Source: Vicinamibacterales bacterium
GTDB lineage: Bacteria > Acidobacteriota > Vicinamibacteria > Vicinamibacterales > UBA8438
Assembly: GCA_965197395.1 (NCBI GenBank)
Contig: CBDANB010000005.1
Location: forward strand, 202,776-266,775
Reading direction: 5' to 3'
Length of the DNA stretch: 64,000 nucleotides
Within the stretch, counting starts at the first letter, position 1, and every line of letters begins with the position of its first letter. Both the position numbers and the translations under genes were made by a program. A model generated the notes under the pieces. The model saw only the letters and a program-made list of their open reading frames with translations, searched no databases and was not told the origin of the DNA. Shown in pieces: positions 18,260 to 27,404 of the stretch.

Positions 18260-19318
18260 GTGACCGACCCTGGACGTGCGTGGCGTGGCGCACTGGTCGC
18301 CCTGGTCGTGGCATTGACGACGACGACGACGACGGCGGCGCCGGCCGCCGGCCAACCTGGCCAGGACGGGCCGCCGCCCCGTACGCCCTGGGGCGCGCCC
18401 GACCTGCACGGCGTGTGGGATTTTCGCACGATCACGCCGCTGGAGCGCCCGGCCGATCTGGCGGGCAAGTCGGTCCTCACGAGCGAGGAGGCAGCGAACT
18501 ACGAAGCGCTCGAGAACCGCCGCCAGAATCGTGACCTCGTCGATCCCGCCAAAGGCGGCGCGCTCTACCCGCCGGAGTCGGAAGGCGGCGTGGTGCCCTA
18601 CAACGAGTTCTGGTATGACCGCGGGACGACGTTGACCGGCGACAAACGGACGTCGCTGATCATCGATCCGGCGGACGGGCGATTGCCACCGCTCGCTCCG
18701 GGCGCGCGGGAGCAGATCGGCTCGGCAGGCGAGGATCTGCCGGAGCGCCGCCCCGTGCGGTACCGCGCGGGTGGCATCGGGGCCGACGGTCCGGAAGACC
18801 GCGGGCTGGGCGAGCGCTGCCTCCTGGGGTTCAACAGCGGACCACCGATGCTGCCGAGCGCCTACAACAACAACGTGATGCTGTTTCAGACGCCAGCGTA
18901 CGTGGTCATCCTCAACGAGATGGTGCACGACGCGCGCATTGTGCCCCTGGATGGGCCCCCGCATGTACGGGACACGATCCGGCAGTGGATGGGGGACGCG
19001 CGTGGCCACTGGGACGGTGAGACGCTGGTCGTCGAAACGGCGAACTTTTCGGAGAAGACACCGAGCTTCAACCCCACGATCACCAGCGCGGTCGGCACAG
19101 GGCTAACGCTCACGCTCACCGAACGGTTCCGCCGCGTCGACGCGGAGACGCTGCTCTACGAGTACACGGTCGACGACCCGGCGACGTTTGTCCGTCCGTT
19201 CACGGCAGCGATGCCCATGCGACGGTCGGAGCAGCCGATCTTCGAATACGCCTGTCACGAGGGGAACTACGGCATGCGTAACATGCTCGCCGGGGCCCGC
19301 GCAGGTGAGGCGCGCTAG
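18260..19318 (+). CDS. Secreted protein of unknown function, ACHEGN-motif family, copy 1
   Basis: GTG start 13 nt after the DinB stop. Signal peptide. Shares PDL.G.W, TSLIIDP.DGR.P, ERC, QTP, R.IPLDG.P, RG.WDG.TLVVE, ERF, EYACHEGN and LAGAR with three other ORFs in the window. Confidence 0.7.
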   Translation: MTDPGRAWRGALVALVVALTTTTTTAAPAAGQPGQDGPPPRTPWGAPDLHGVWDFRTITPLERPADLAGKSVLTSEEAANYEALENRRQNRDLVDPAKGGALYPPESEGGVVPYNEFWYDRGTTLTGDKRTSLIIDPADGRLPPLAPGAREQIGSAGEDLPERRPVRYRAGGIGADGPEDRGLGERCLLGFNSGPPMLPSAYNNNVMLFQTPAYVVILNEMVHDARIVPLDGPPHVRDTIRQWMGDARGHWDGETLVVETANFSEKTPSFNPTITSAVGTGLTLTLTERFRRVDAETLLYEYTVDDPATFVRPFTAAMPMRRSEQPIFEYACHEGNYGMRNMLAGARAGEAR

Positions 19319-19335
19319 GCTGCTCTTCAAGCCGA

Positions 19336-19366
19336 CGGGGCGAGGCTGAAGCCTCGCGCTACGTAC
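19336..19366. repeat. REP-A element (single hairpin)
   Basis: GCGAGGCT-GA-AGCCTCGC followed by GCTACG. The CTA at 19359..19361 is the TAG stop of the CoA-transferase gene. Confidence 0.55.
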
Positions 19367-20507
19367 GTGGCGTGAGCGCCAGATCGATCTCCCGGTCGTC
19401 GAGCCCCCACTCCCGTAGATGCTCCCGCGCCGCCGTGCCGGTCGCCGCCGGCGCCTGTCGAACCGCGCTCGGCGTTCGACTGAAGCGAGGCGCCGCATTT
19501 GGCTGCCAGCGTCCGTCCCGTTTGACGAAGGTCTGTCGCGTCCGATTGTGAGGGTGGTGGGGCGCCTCGTCCATGTCGAGCACCGGGGCAAAACACGCAT
19601 CGGTCCCTTCGAGGAGAGCGACGCACTCGTCACGCGTTCGAGTCCTGATGACGGCGGCGAGCTTTGCCTTGAGTGCCGGCCACTCCTCGCGCCGCTGCGA
19701 GTGGGGGAGTGCGTCCGGGTCGAGGCCGAGCCGCTCGATCGCCACCGCGTAGAACTTCGGCTCGATCGCCGCCAGTGCGATGTGCCGGCCGTCGCGCGTC
19801 TCGTAGACGTCGTAGAAGTGCGCGCCGCCGTCGAGGACGTTGTCCCCGCGCGTGTCGGTGCTCAGTCCGGCGCTGCGCAAGGCGTACGCGGCGGTCATCA
19901 ACGAGGCCGCGCCATCGATCATCGCCGCGTCCACCACCTGTCCGCGTCCCGACCGTCGCGCCTCGAGCAGGGCGGCGACCACGCCCAGCGCGAGATACAG
20001 CGCCCCGCCGCCGAAATCGCCCACCAGATTGAGGGGCGGCGTCGGCGGCTGACCGGCTCGCCCGATGGCGTGGAGCACGCCGGTGAGGGCGATGTAGTTG
20101 AGGTCGTGACCGGCGGCGTGTGCGAGGGGTCCGGTCTGCCCCCAGCCGGTGACGCGGCCATACACGAGCGCGGTGTTCTTGCGCGTGCACGCGTCGGGTC
20201 CGAGCCCGAGGTGTTCCATGACGCCCGGGCGCATCCCTTCAATCAGGATGTCCGCGCGCTCGCAGAGCTTCAGCACGAGCGCGGGACCCGCCTCTCGCTT
20301 GAGGTCGACCGCGATCGATGGGCGGCTGCGATGGAGGAAGTTGCTGGCCGGGGGGACGTCGAAGCCGAGCCCGGACGGTCCGGGTCGATCGACCCGGAGC
20401 ACCGTCGCGCCGAGCTCCGCGAGCAGCATGCCGCACATCGGACAGGGTCCGATGCCGGCCAGCTCGATGACCCGCACTCCCTCAAGCGGCCCGGCGGGCT
20501 CGGACAC
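19359..20507 (-). CDS. CaiB/BaiF family III CoA-transferase (alpha-methylacyl-CoA-racemase-like)
   Basis: 382-aa ORF with GTG start. N-terminus [29 protein letters not shown] is typical of the family. Confidence 0.85.
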   Translation of the reverse strand: MSEPAGPLEGVRVIELAGIGPCPMCGMLLAELGATVLRVDRPGPSGLGFDVPPASNFLHRSRPSIAVDLKREAGPALVLKLCERADILIEGMRPGVMEHLGLGPDACTRKNTALVYGRVTGWGQTGPLAHAAGHDLNYIALTGVLHAIGRAGQPPTPPLNLVGDFGGGALYLALGVVAALLEARRSGRGQVVDAAMIDGAASLMTAAYALRSAGLSTDTRGDNVLDGGAHFYDVYETRDGRHIALAAIEPKFYAVAIERLGLDPDALPHSQRREEWPALKAKLAAVIRTRTRDECVALLEGTDACFAPVLDMDEAPHHPHNRTRQTFVKRDGRWQPNAAPRFSRTPSAVRQAPAATGTAAREHLREWGLDDREIDLALTPRT

Positions 20508-20519
20508 GAACCTATGAGC

Positions 20520-21181
20520 TCACCGACGAAGCCACCACTGCATGGTGTCCGTCACCAGCTCGCTCGCGTCCTGCTGCACGAAGTGACTGGCGCCCGGGAT
20601 GGTGACCAGGGGTCTGGAACGCTCGTGCATACGCGCTGTTCTCGTATTGCTGCGGGTTCTCCACGAGCTCTCGCGTCAGACCGTTGAAATGCGGCAAGTT
20701 CAGAATCACCAGCTTGTCGGTCATTGCCGGGCGCGCGAGCGCGAACGACCATGCGACGGCGCCGCCCCAATCGTGTCCCACGATCGCCGCCGACTCCGAT
20801 CCCGTGTCCTTGATGACCGCGGCAATGTCGGCGATGTGGTTCGGCATCGCGTATGCGGCGACACCGTCGGGCTTGTCGCTCTTGTTGTAGCCGCGTAGAT
20901 CGACGGCAACGACGCGGAAGTCACTCGACAGCGCCTCCATCTGGTCGCGCCACGTGTACCAGAAGTCCGGAAAGCCGTGGATCATCACGACAAGCGGCCC
21001 CTCGCCGAGGCTGACGTAATGGATCCGTGACGCCGTCGTTGTCCGCGTAGCCATGCTCCACGCGGTCGTAGAGATCCGAATCGGCGCGCGCGGACACGCC
21101 CTCGACGTTCTCGCCGCGCTGGTCGCTGGCCGTGCAGGCGCCGGTCATGGTGAGTGCGAGCGCCCAACAAATACGCCTCAT
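20520..21181 (-). pseudogene. Alpha/beta-hydrolase (epoxide-hydrolase-like) remnant with a frameshift and an internal deletion
   Basis: Three frames carry a lipoprotein signal [16 protein letters not shown], the core [22 protein letters not shown]...GHDWGG, and the C-terminus [15 protein letters not shown]...WWLRR*. The cap and catalytic-Asp region is absent. Confidence 0.6.
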
Positions 21182-21266
21182 TCATATCCTCCGTGGTTGC
21201 TGAATTGTAGCGGCGGGTCGCGCCGCGCGCTTGACTGCGGGTTGCGTTGGCGACGAGTCCACTAGA

Positions 21267-21665
21267 ATGCCGCTGCCGATGAAGGACGAGGTCGAGGTCG
21301 CGGTCAGCTGGTGGACGGCGTTTCTCGAACGCGCCGACTCGGAATCGGCCGACACGCCGTCGCGGCGGAACCCCGCAGCGGCCGCCGGGCAGGTCGAGGC
21401 GTTTCGAGCTGCCTTTCGGGTCGCGTTGACCGCGTATCTGGGGCCCACGTGGCGGCCCGACGAGCCGACGTGGGGCCAGGGGACACGCGCGTTTGGTGTC
21501 CGGTACGGGCCCGATGAGGTGATCGCGACGGCGCTGGACGAGTCTGGCGTGTTGGGATCCGCGTGGCTGCCGATCGAGACGACGATGTGGATCGATCCCG
21601 GCGAGGTCCGCGTGCGCGTCGGTCGACGGGCGCCCATCGAGACGCTGTGGAAGCGCCCGGCATGA
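21267..21665 (+). CDS. Hypothetical protein
   Basis: ORF with plausible coding composition. I recognise no family. Confidence 0.35.
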   Translation: MPLPMKDEVEVAVSWWTAFLERADSESADTPSRRNPAAAAGQVEAFRAAFRVALTAYLGPTWRPDEPTWGQGTRAFGVRYGPDEVIATALDESGVLGSAWLPIETTMWIDPGEVRVRVGRRAPIETLWKRPA

Positions 21666-21686
21666 CCAGCGCCGCTGGCTTGACTA

Positions 21687-21704
21687 GTGGCCTGTACGGG
21701 CCAC
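21687..21704. terminator. Short hairpin between convergent genes
   Basis: GTGGCC-TGTACG-GGCCAC. The surrounding 13 nt (CTAGTGGCCTGTA) are identical to the MITE terminus at 60761..60773. Confidence 0.25.
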
Positions 21705-21712
21705 CGGCGACG

Positions 21713-22711
21713 TCAGCGCGTCGCGGCCGCTTCTTCCGCCCGCGCGCCGCTCAGGACATTGATCATCGCGTGGTTGCCCTCGTGGCATGCGTATTCGAAC
21801 ATCTGACCCGCCGTCACGCCGCGCGAGGCGTGGTCGGTCGTCATCGGCGCGGAGGCGGTCCAGGGTCTCGTGAAGGCCTCCGGATCCTCGAGCGTGAACG
21901 TGTAGTCGATCGCGTCCGGGCCGACGCGCGTGAACCGTTCGACCAGGCGGAGACTGGGGCGAGCCTTCCGCCAGGGCGCGCTCCAGTAGGCCGCGGGCTT
22001 GTCGACGAAGTTGCCGGTCTCGACAACCAGCGTGTCGCCGTCCCAGTGCCCACGCGCCTCACCGGTCCACTGGGCGATCCCAGTCAGGGGTCGGCCATCG
22101 AGTGGTATGACCCTGAGCTCGTGATACATCTCGTGCAGCATGACCACCGCGCCCGGCGTCTGCAGGATATGAAGGTTCATGTTGTAGGGCTGCAGCGGCA
22201 CCATGTTGGGGAGGCCATCCGTGATGCACCGCTCGCCGGTATCGAGGTCGACATAGGACGCGAACGGCCCGACACCGTATCGCGCGCGTTCCCGCTCGCT
22301 GGCGGTTCGGGCGTCCGGTTTCCACGGAATGATTCCTTCCGGGGGGTCGATGATGAGCGACGTGCGTCGGCTGGGGGTGATGCGGGTCCCGGCATCGAGC
22401 CATACCTGGTTGTAGCCGCCCACGTTGCCTGGCGTGTCCCTGCCGTCGGACGCCGCCCGCCGTTCGGCGGATTGCTGCTCCAGCGCCGCCGCCTCCTCGT
22501 CGGTCAGCTCCGTCGAGGCCGACTGCTGGCTGGGCCGCTCGAGCGGCGTGAGCGTCGCCGAAGTCCAGAGGCCTTGCAGATCCGGCGATCCCCAGGCGGT
22601 GCGCGGCCCCGTCCATCCATCGTCGGCAGGACCCTGGCCGAGCGCGGCCGCTGGGAGCAGGGCGATCAATGCGACCGTCGGACCGACCATGGATATGTGG
22701 ATGCGGATCAT
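21713..22711 (-). CDS. Secreted protein of unknown function, ACHEGN-motif family, copy 2
   Basis: ATG at 22711 (MIRIHISMVGPTVALIALLPAAALG signal peptide). Same motif set as copy 1, ending FEYACHEGNHAMINVLSGARAEE. Confidence 0.7.
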   Translation of the reverse strand: MIRIHISMVGPTVALIALLPAAALGQGPADDGWTGPRTAWGSPDLQGLWTSATLTPLERPSQQSASTELTDEEAAALEQQSAERRAASDGRDTPGNVGGYNQVWLDAGTRITPSRRTSLIIDPPEGIIPWKPDARTASERERARYGVGPFASYVDLDTGERCITDGLPNMVPLQPYNMNLHILQTPGAVVMLHEMYHELRVIPLDGRPLTGIAQWTGEARGHWDGDTLVVETGNFVDKPAAYWSAPWRKARPSLRLVERFTRVGPDAIDYTFTLEDPEAFTRPWTASAPMTTDHASRGVTAGQMFEYACHEGNHAMINVLSGARAEEAAATR

Positions 22712-22837
22712 CCGGACCCCCTTCGTCTGTCGACCAGTTTCAGAAGAATACGACAGATCGGCGGTGGCGTCCCCCGCCCGCGGCGATCGGGCCCGCACGT
22801 TGCTCGAGCGGCATCGGTGCGATAGATTGGCGACTGG

Positions 22838-23764
22838 ATGCCACGCACGGCCAGTCGACGGAGGTTTCTCCGGGCCGCAACGGGGTCGGCCGTCGCGGCG
22901 GCGACCGCGGCGCTTGCGGCTCCACCGGCGCGTGCGGCGGGCCGCGCGGCCCGTCACGGACCCAAATTGCCCGATGTCCGGCCCAGCCGTTACAGCACGG
23001 ACGAGCGACCGAACTCGTGGCACGACATCACCTCATATAACAACTTCTACGAGTTTGCCGGAAGCGACGACAAGGACCTGCCATCGTTGCTCGCCCCCGA
23101 CAACCTGATCGTCGCCGGGTGGCGCGTGGTCGTCGAGGGCGAGTGCGCAAGCCCCGGGACCTACACCCTCGCGGACATCCTTCGCGGCCAGAGACTCGAG
23201 GAGCGCGTCTATCGCCACCGGTGCGTCGAGGCCTGGTCGATGGTCATTCCATGGGTCGGCTTCTCGCTGGCGGATTTCGTGGCGCGGTGTCGGCCGACCC
23301 CGCGGGCGACATATATCCAGTTCGACAGCCACTACGATCCCGAGCGGATGCCGCGGAGCAGGCGGCTGCCGTTCGACTGGCCGTATCGGGAAGGCCTGCG
23401 GATGGACGAAGCGATGCACCCGCTCGCGATCCTCGCCATCGGCCTCCACGGCGAGGCGCTGCCGCATCAGAACGGGGCGCCGATTCGTCTCGTCGTGCCG
23501 TGGAAATACGGTTTCAAGAGCATCAAGTCGATCGTGCGTATCCGATTCGTCGAGCGGCGACCGGTGGGAACCTACCAGCAGCAGCAGCCGCGGGCCTACG
23601 GGTTCTACGCGAGCGTGAATCCAGCGGTGCATCATCCGCAGTGGAGCCAGTCGACGGAGCGCCGCGTCGGGACATTCTTCAGACGGAAGACGCTGATGTT
23701 CAACGGGTACGCATCAGAGGTGGCGTCCCTGTACGCGGGAATGGACTTGACCCGGGACTACTGA
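22838..23764 (+). CDS. msrP: Protein-methionine-sulfoxide reductase catalytic subunit MsrP (YedY)
   Basis: Tat signal SRRRFLRAATGSAVAAA. Motifs ITSYNNFYEF, YRHRCVEAWSMVIPWVGF and GAPIRLVVPWKYGFKSIKSIV. Confidence 0.85.
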   Translation: MPRTASRRRFLRAATGSAVAAATAALAAPPARAAGRAARHGPKLPDVRPSRYSTDERPNSWHDITSYNNFYEFAGSDDKDLPSLLAPDNLIVAGWRVVVEGECASPGTYTLADILRGQRLEERVYRHRCVEAWSMVIPWVGFSLADFVARCRPTPRATYIQFDSHYDPERMPRSRRLPFDWPYREGLRMDEAMHPLAILAIGLHGEALPHQNGAPIRLVVPWKYGFKSIKSIVRIRFVERRPVGTYQQQQPRAYGFYASVNPAVHHPQWSQSTERRVGTFFRRKTLMFNGYASEVASLYAGMDLTRDY

Positions 23765-23846
23765 TGCCGAGGCCTCCGTGTGTCACGATGTCGGGGTGCT
23801 GACGCTCGCCTGAAGCGGCACATCGTGCGGACCAAGGAGCTGAATC

Positions 23847-24416
23847 ATGAAGAACCACGGACCAACGCTCGCGCTGGTGTTCTGTGTTGCGATCTCTACG
23901 GCAACCGGGCGGGCACAGGACACGTCACCTCGGATACCGCCGCTCGACACCGCGGAGGGGATCAACATCACAAAGACCTTGGCCCGCCATCCGGCGCTGT
24001 CCGACGCGTGGCGTACGTTCGCCCGATATGTGCTGGGCGACAACACGCTGCCGCCCCGCGACCGCGAGCTGCTGATTCTTCGCATCGGGTATCTGTGTGG
24101 CGCCGAGTACGAATGGGGCCAACACAGCCGCATCGCGCGACAGGTCGGTCTCAGCGATGAGGAGATCGTGAGGGTGACCCGGGGGCCGGATGCGCCCGAA
24201 TGGTCCGGCTTTGACCGGGCGTTGCTGCTCGCGGTGGACGAGCTGCACGCCGATGCCTACATCAGCGACGACACCTGGGCCGCGCTCGATGCCCGGTACG
24301 ACACAAAGCAGCTGATGGATGTCGTCTTCACCGTTGGGGAGTACAACCTCGTGTCGATGGCGCTCAAGACCTTCCGGGTGCCGTTGGATGACGGCGTGGA
24401 GGGATTTCCGAAGTAA
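23847..24416 (+). CDS. Carboxymuconolactone-decarboxylase-family protein with a signal peptide (no CxxC)
   Basis: 189-aa ORF with a CMD-like core (RDRELLILRIGYLCGAEYEWGQH). Confidence 0.7.
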   Translation: MKNHGPTLALVFCVAISTATGRAQDTSPRIPPLDTAEGINITKTLARHPALSDAWRTFARYVLGDNTLPPRDRELLILRIGYLCGAEYEWGQHSRIARQVGLSDEEIVRVTRGPDAPEWSGFDRALLLAVDELHADAYISDDTWAALDARYDTKQLMDVVFTVGEYNLVSMALKTFRVPLDDGVEGFPK

Positions 24417-24633
24417 GCGCCGTCACGCTTGCCTCGGCGACTGTCCTTACGTATAGTGGTGTTGGTCAACATATATAGGTCCGCAGCACACGTCGTCCTG
24501 CTTTGCCCACGTCGCGAGTCGACGAGCCTTCGAGTCTCGATTCCCTCACAGCGCGCGCAAGCAAACGCCTTGTCGACCAGTCGATGAGCGTTGATGGACA
24601 TTTATTGTCAGGAGGATTGCGATTTCTTCACGA

Positions 24634-24996
24634 GTGTTCGTCGGAAACCTCAGCTATGAGACGTCCCAGCATGATCTCGAGACCCTGTTCTCGCAAGTCG
24701 GCCAGGTCGTCGAGGTCGTCCTTCCGGTGGATCGCGCGACCGATCGGCCGCGCGGGTTTGCCTTCATCGAGTTCAGCGAAGCCGACGCCGCGACTGGCGC
24801 GATCGACCAGCTCGACGGGGCTGAGTTGGGAGGGCGGACGTTGCGGGTGAGCGAGGCGCGTGAACGCGCTCCTCGCCCCTCGTATGGCGGCGGTGGCGGT
24901 GGCGGCGAGTCAGGATGGAGCAACGATCGGCCGAAGAAAACGTCCCGGCCGAAGGGCAGCCGTCGTGGCGTCCGAGGCCGCAAGCGCGGTTTCTAG
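24634..24996 (+). CDS. RRM-type RNA-binding protein with a Gly/Arg-rich tail
   Basis: RNP-2 (FVGNLS) and RNP-1 (RGFAFIEF) motifs. The listed GTG is 18 nt from the AGGAGG box. An in-frame ATT at 24622 has ideal spacing to that box. Confidence 0.85.
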   Translation: MFVGNLSYETSQHDLETLFSQVGQVVEVVLPVDRATDRPRGFAFIEFSEADAATGAIDQLDGAELGGRTLRVSEARERAPRPSYGGGGGGGESGWSNDRPKKTSRPKGSRRGVRGRKRGF

Positions 24997-25053
24997 TGGC
25001 CGTTGTGCGGCACGAAACACGTATGTCGAACTCGGTTTGGACCGTCGGCAACG

Positions 25054-25103
25054 GCCACGGCGCGCACAGCGCGCCCGCGGGGGGTTCGGGGTGAAGCCCG
25101 TCT
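25054..25103. repeat. REP-B element, short (internally deleted) copy
   Basis: GCCACGGCGCGCACAGCGCGCC...GGGGTTCGGGGTGAAGCCCGTCT matches both ends of the ~97-nt copies at 31789 and 54667. Confidence 0.5.
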
Positions 25104-25142
25104 AATTAGTGATTCACCCATCAACTGTTTGGAGTAGAGAAG

Positions 25143-25352
25143 ATGCCTGTAAGTGGAGTCGTGAAGTGGTTCAACGATAGCAAGGGATTCGGATTCTTGA
25201 CCCGAGACGACGGCGAGAAGGATGTCTTCGTGCATCACTCGGCGATCCAGGGCGAGGGCTTCAAGAGCCTGAGTGAAGGCCAGAAGGTGGAGTTCGACGT
25301 CGTCCAGGGACCGAAGGGTCCGGCTGCGGAAAACGTCGTCAGCGTCGGCTGA
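25143..25352 (+). CDS. Cold-shock protein (CspA family)
   Basis: 69 aa with [15 protein letters not shown] and VFVHHSAI (RNP1/RNP2 of the cold-shock domain). Confidence 0.9.
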   Translation: MPVSGVVKWFNDSKGFGFLTRDDGEKDVFVHHSAIQGEGFKSLSEGQKVEFDVVQGPKGPAAENVVSVG

Positions 25353-25482
25353 CGGCGTGTCGGCTTACACCGACGCTACGTGTGTCGCACGGCCGCGGTG
25401 TCGTGGAGCCTGACAGGCCCGCGTTCGTGGTCAGCACCACCTACATTCGCGATCTGAGGGGCGTCCCAGGCGCATCCCTCCA

Positions 25483-25750
25483 ATGGCGCTTGCCCCCGGG
25501 ACTGTCATCGGGCCCTACGCCATCACTGCCGCGCTTGGGCACGGCGGCATGGGCGTGGTCTATCTCGCCCATGACCCCCGCCTCGACCGCGCCGTGCGGT
25601 CAAGGTCCTGCCTTCTAACCTGACGCGGGATGCGACGGCGACGGCACGCTTCCGCCAGGAAGCGAAGGCGGCGTCGGCCCTCGACCACGTCAACATCGGC
25701 ACCATCTACGAGATCAACGAGACCACCGACGGCGAGCTCTACCTCGCGAT
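25483..25750 (+). pseudogene. Ser/Thr kinase N-terminal fragment (frameshifted and truncated)
   Basis: [38 protein letters not shown], then a frame change to [38 protein letters not shown]. No catalytic loop follows. Confidence 0.6.
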
Positions 25751-26036
25751 GGCCCGGAGCAGCTCCGGCCGGAAACATATGACGGTGCGATGCGCGCTCT
25801 CGAGCTGTTCGAGGAAGCGTCGCGTCGGCTCCAATGACAGCTGCGGCGTCAGCTCGATGCGGGTGCCGCCGAAGAAGCCGCGAACCCGAAGTTCAGGCTC
25901 GTCTCCCTGCCAGGGAAAGCGAAGGCCGCGCATTCAGTAGAATGCTCGGCGGGGCGTTCGGCGTTCGCCGGACGCCCGTGCTCGTGCCCGTGCCGGTGCC
26001 CGATGAACTGACACGCGAACGCGGAAGAGAGACTAG

Positions 26037-27383
26037 ATGCCAACAAGAACCACCACGAGACACGGCCTCGTCCTCGCGCTCCTCTTGACGCTCTGCGTCA
26101 CCGCCGTTCTCACCGCCGCGGACGATTGGCCGCAGTTTCGCGGGCCGACGATGAACGCGGCGGTGCCGGACAACCCGAACCTGCCAGAGCGTTGGAGCCA
26201 GACGGAGAACGTCGAGTGGGTCACGGATATCCCGGGACTCGGGTGGTCGAGTCCCATCGTCTGGGGCAATCGGGTCTTTTTGACGACCGTGACGGCAGCG
26301 GGCGAGTTCGAGGCGCCGAAGCCTGGCCTTTATGCGCCGCGCGGCCGAAGCGAGCCGCCACAGGTGCAGCACGACTGGCGCGTCTACTGTCTGGATCTGG
26401 AGAGCGGCGCCGTGGTGTGGCAGCGGTCGGTCAATGCTGGCGTGCCGTCGTTCCCGCGCCACATGAAACACACCTACGCCTCGGAGACGCCGACGACGGA
26501 CGGCGAGCGTGTCTACGCCGTCTTCGGCGACCTGGGCATCTTCACCTTCGACATGGAGGGCAACGAGCTCTGGAGCGCCCCGATCGCCTTCAAACAGACG
26601 ATGTCCGACTACGGGGCGGCGGCATCGCCTGTCCTGCAGGACGACATGCTCATCGTCCTCTACGACAACGAGGAGGCGTCCTGGATCGCCGCGCTCGACA
26701 AGCGGACCGGCGACGAGATCTGGCGCACCGATCGCGACGAGGTGTCAAGCTGGGCGACGCCTTTCGTCTGGGAGAATGACCTACGGACGGAGATCGTCAC
26801 GTCCGGGAAGAACCGGATTCGCTCATACGACCTGGACGGCACGCTGCTCTGGCAGATGGACGGGAAGATGTCGTGGGCAGCCATCCCGACGCCGTTCGCG
26901 AGTCACGGGCTCGTCTATGTGAACTCCGGGTACTTCGGGGATCAGCATAAGCCGGCCTTTGCGATTCGCCCGGGCGCTGGAGGTGACATCTCGCTGCGCG
27001 CGCGGGAGACCCAGAACGACTACGTCGTCTGGTATCAACCGCGGGCGGGCAACTACAACACCTCGCCCCTCGTCTACGGCGACTATTACTACAGCCTGCT
27101 CGACCGGGGGTTCTTCGAGAGCTACAACGCGCTCACGGGAGCGCCGGTCTACGACCGCAAGCGGATCAGGGTTGGCGCCAGCTTCACGGCCTCGCCGTGG
27201 GCCTACAACGGCAAGATCTTCGCGCTGAGCGAGCAGGGCGACACGTATGTGATTCGAGCCGGCGACACGTTCGAGGTGCTCGGTGTCAATAGCCTCGACG
27301 AGATGGCGATGGCCTCGCCGGCCATCGTCGGCGACCGGCTGCTCATCCGCACCAGCACCAAGCTCTACAGCATCAGGAAGTGA
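26037..27383 (+). CDS. PQQ-like (BamB-type) beta-propeller repeat protein, exported
   Basis: Signal peptide, DWPQFRGP motif and repeated propeller blades. Confidence 0.7.
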   Translation: MPTRTTTRHGLVLALLLTLCVTAVLTAADDWPQFRGPTMNAAVPDNPNLPERWSQTENVEWVTDIPGLGWSSPIVWGNRVFLTTVTAAGEFEAPKPGLYAPRGRSEPPQVQHDWRVYCLDLESGAVVWQRSVNAGVPSFPRHMKHTYASETPTTDGERVYAVFGDLGIFTFDMEGNELWSAPIAFKQTMSDYGAAASPVLQDDMLIVLYDNEEASWIAALDKRTGDEIWRTDRDEVSSWATPFVWENDLRTEIVTSGKNRIRSYDLDGTLLWQMDGKMSWAAIPTPFASHGLVYVNSGYFGDQHKPAFAIRPGAGGDISLRARETQNDYVVWYQPRAGNYNTSPLVYGDYYYSLLDRGFFESYNALTGAPVYDRKRIRVGASFTASPWAYNGKIFALSEQGDTYVIRAGDTFEVLGVNSLDEMAMASPAIVGDRLLIRTSTKLYSIRK

Positions 27384-27404
27384 GACCGCGATTCTGCTAG
27401 TCAG

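Noticed and set aside
21684-21705. Solo MITE terminus between convergent genes
   Set aside because: A 13-nt identity to the MITE end is unlikely by chance. However, the segment is also a self-complementary hairpin (GTGGCC..GGCCAC) that could simply be a terminator. It is kept as a low-confidence hairpin and mentioned under the MITE finding rather than called as a mobile element.
25739-25933. 64-aa minus-strand ORF with faint similarity to the C-terminal region of the DUF5916 protein at 40857..43163 ([17 protein letters not shown] versus LFGGDRATITPSIAARV)
   Set aside because: The similarity is short and judged by eye only. It may be another gene relic, but the evidence is too weak to annotate.
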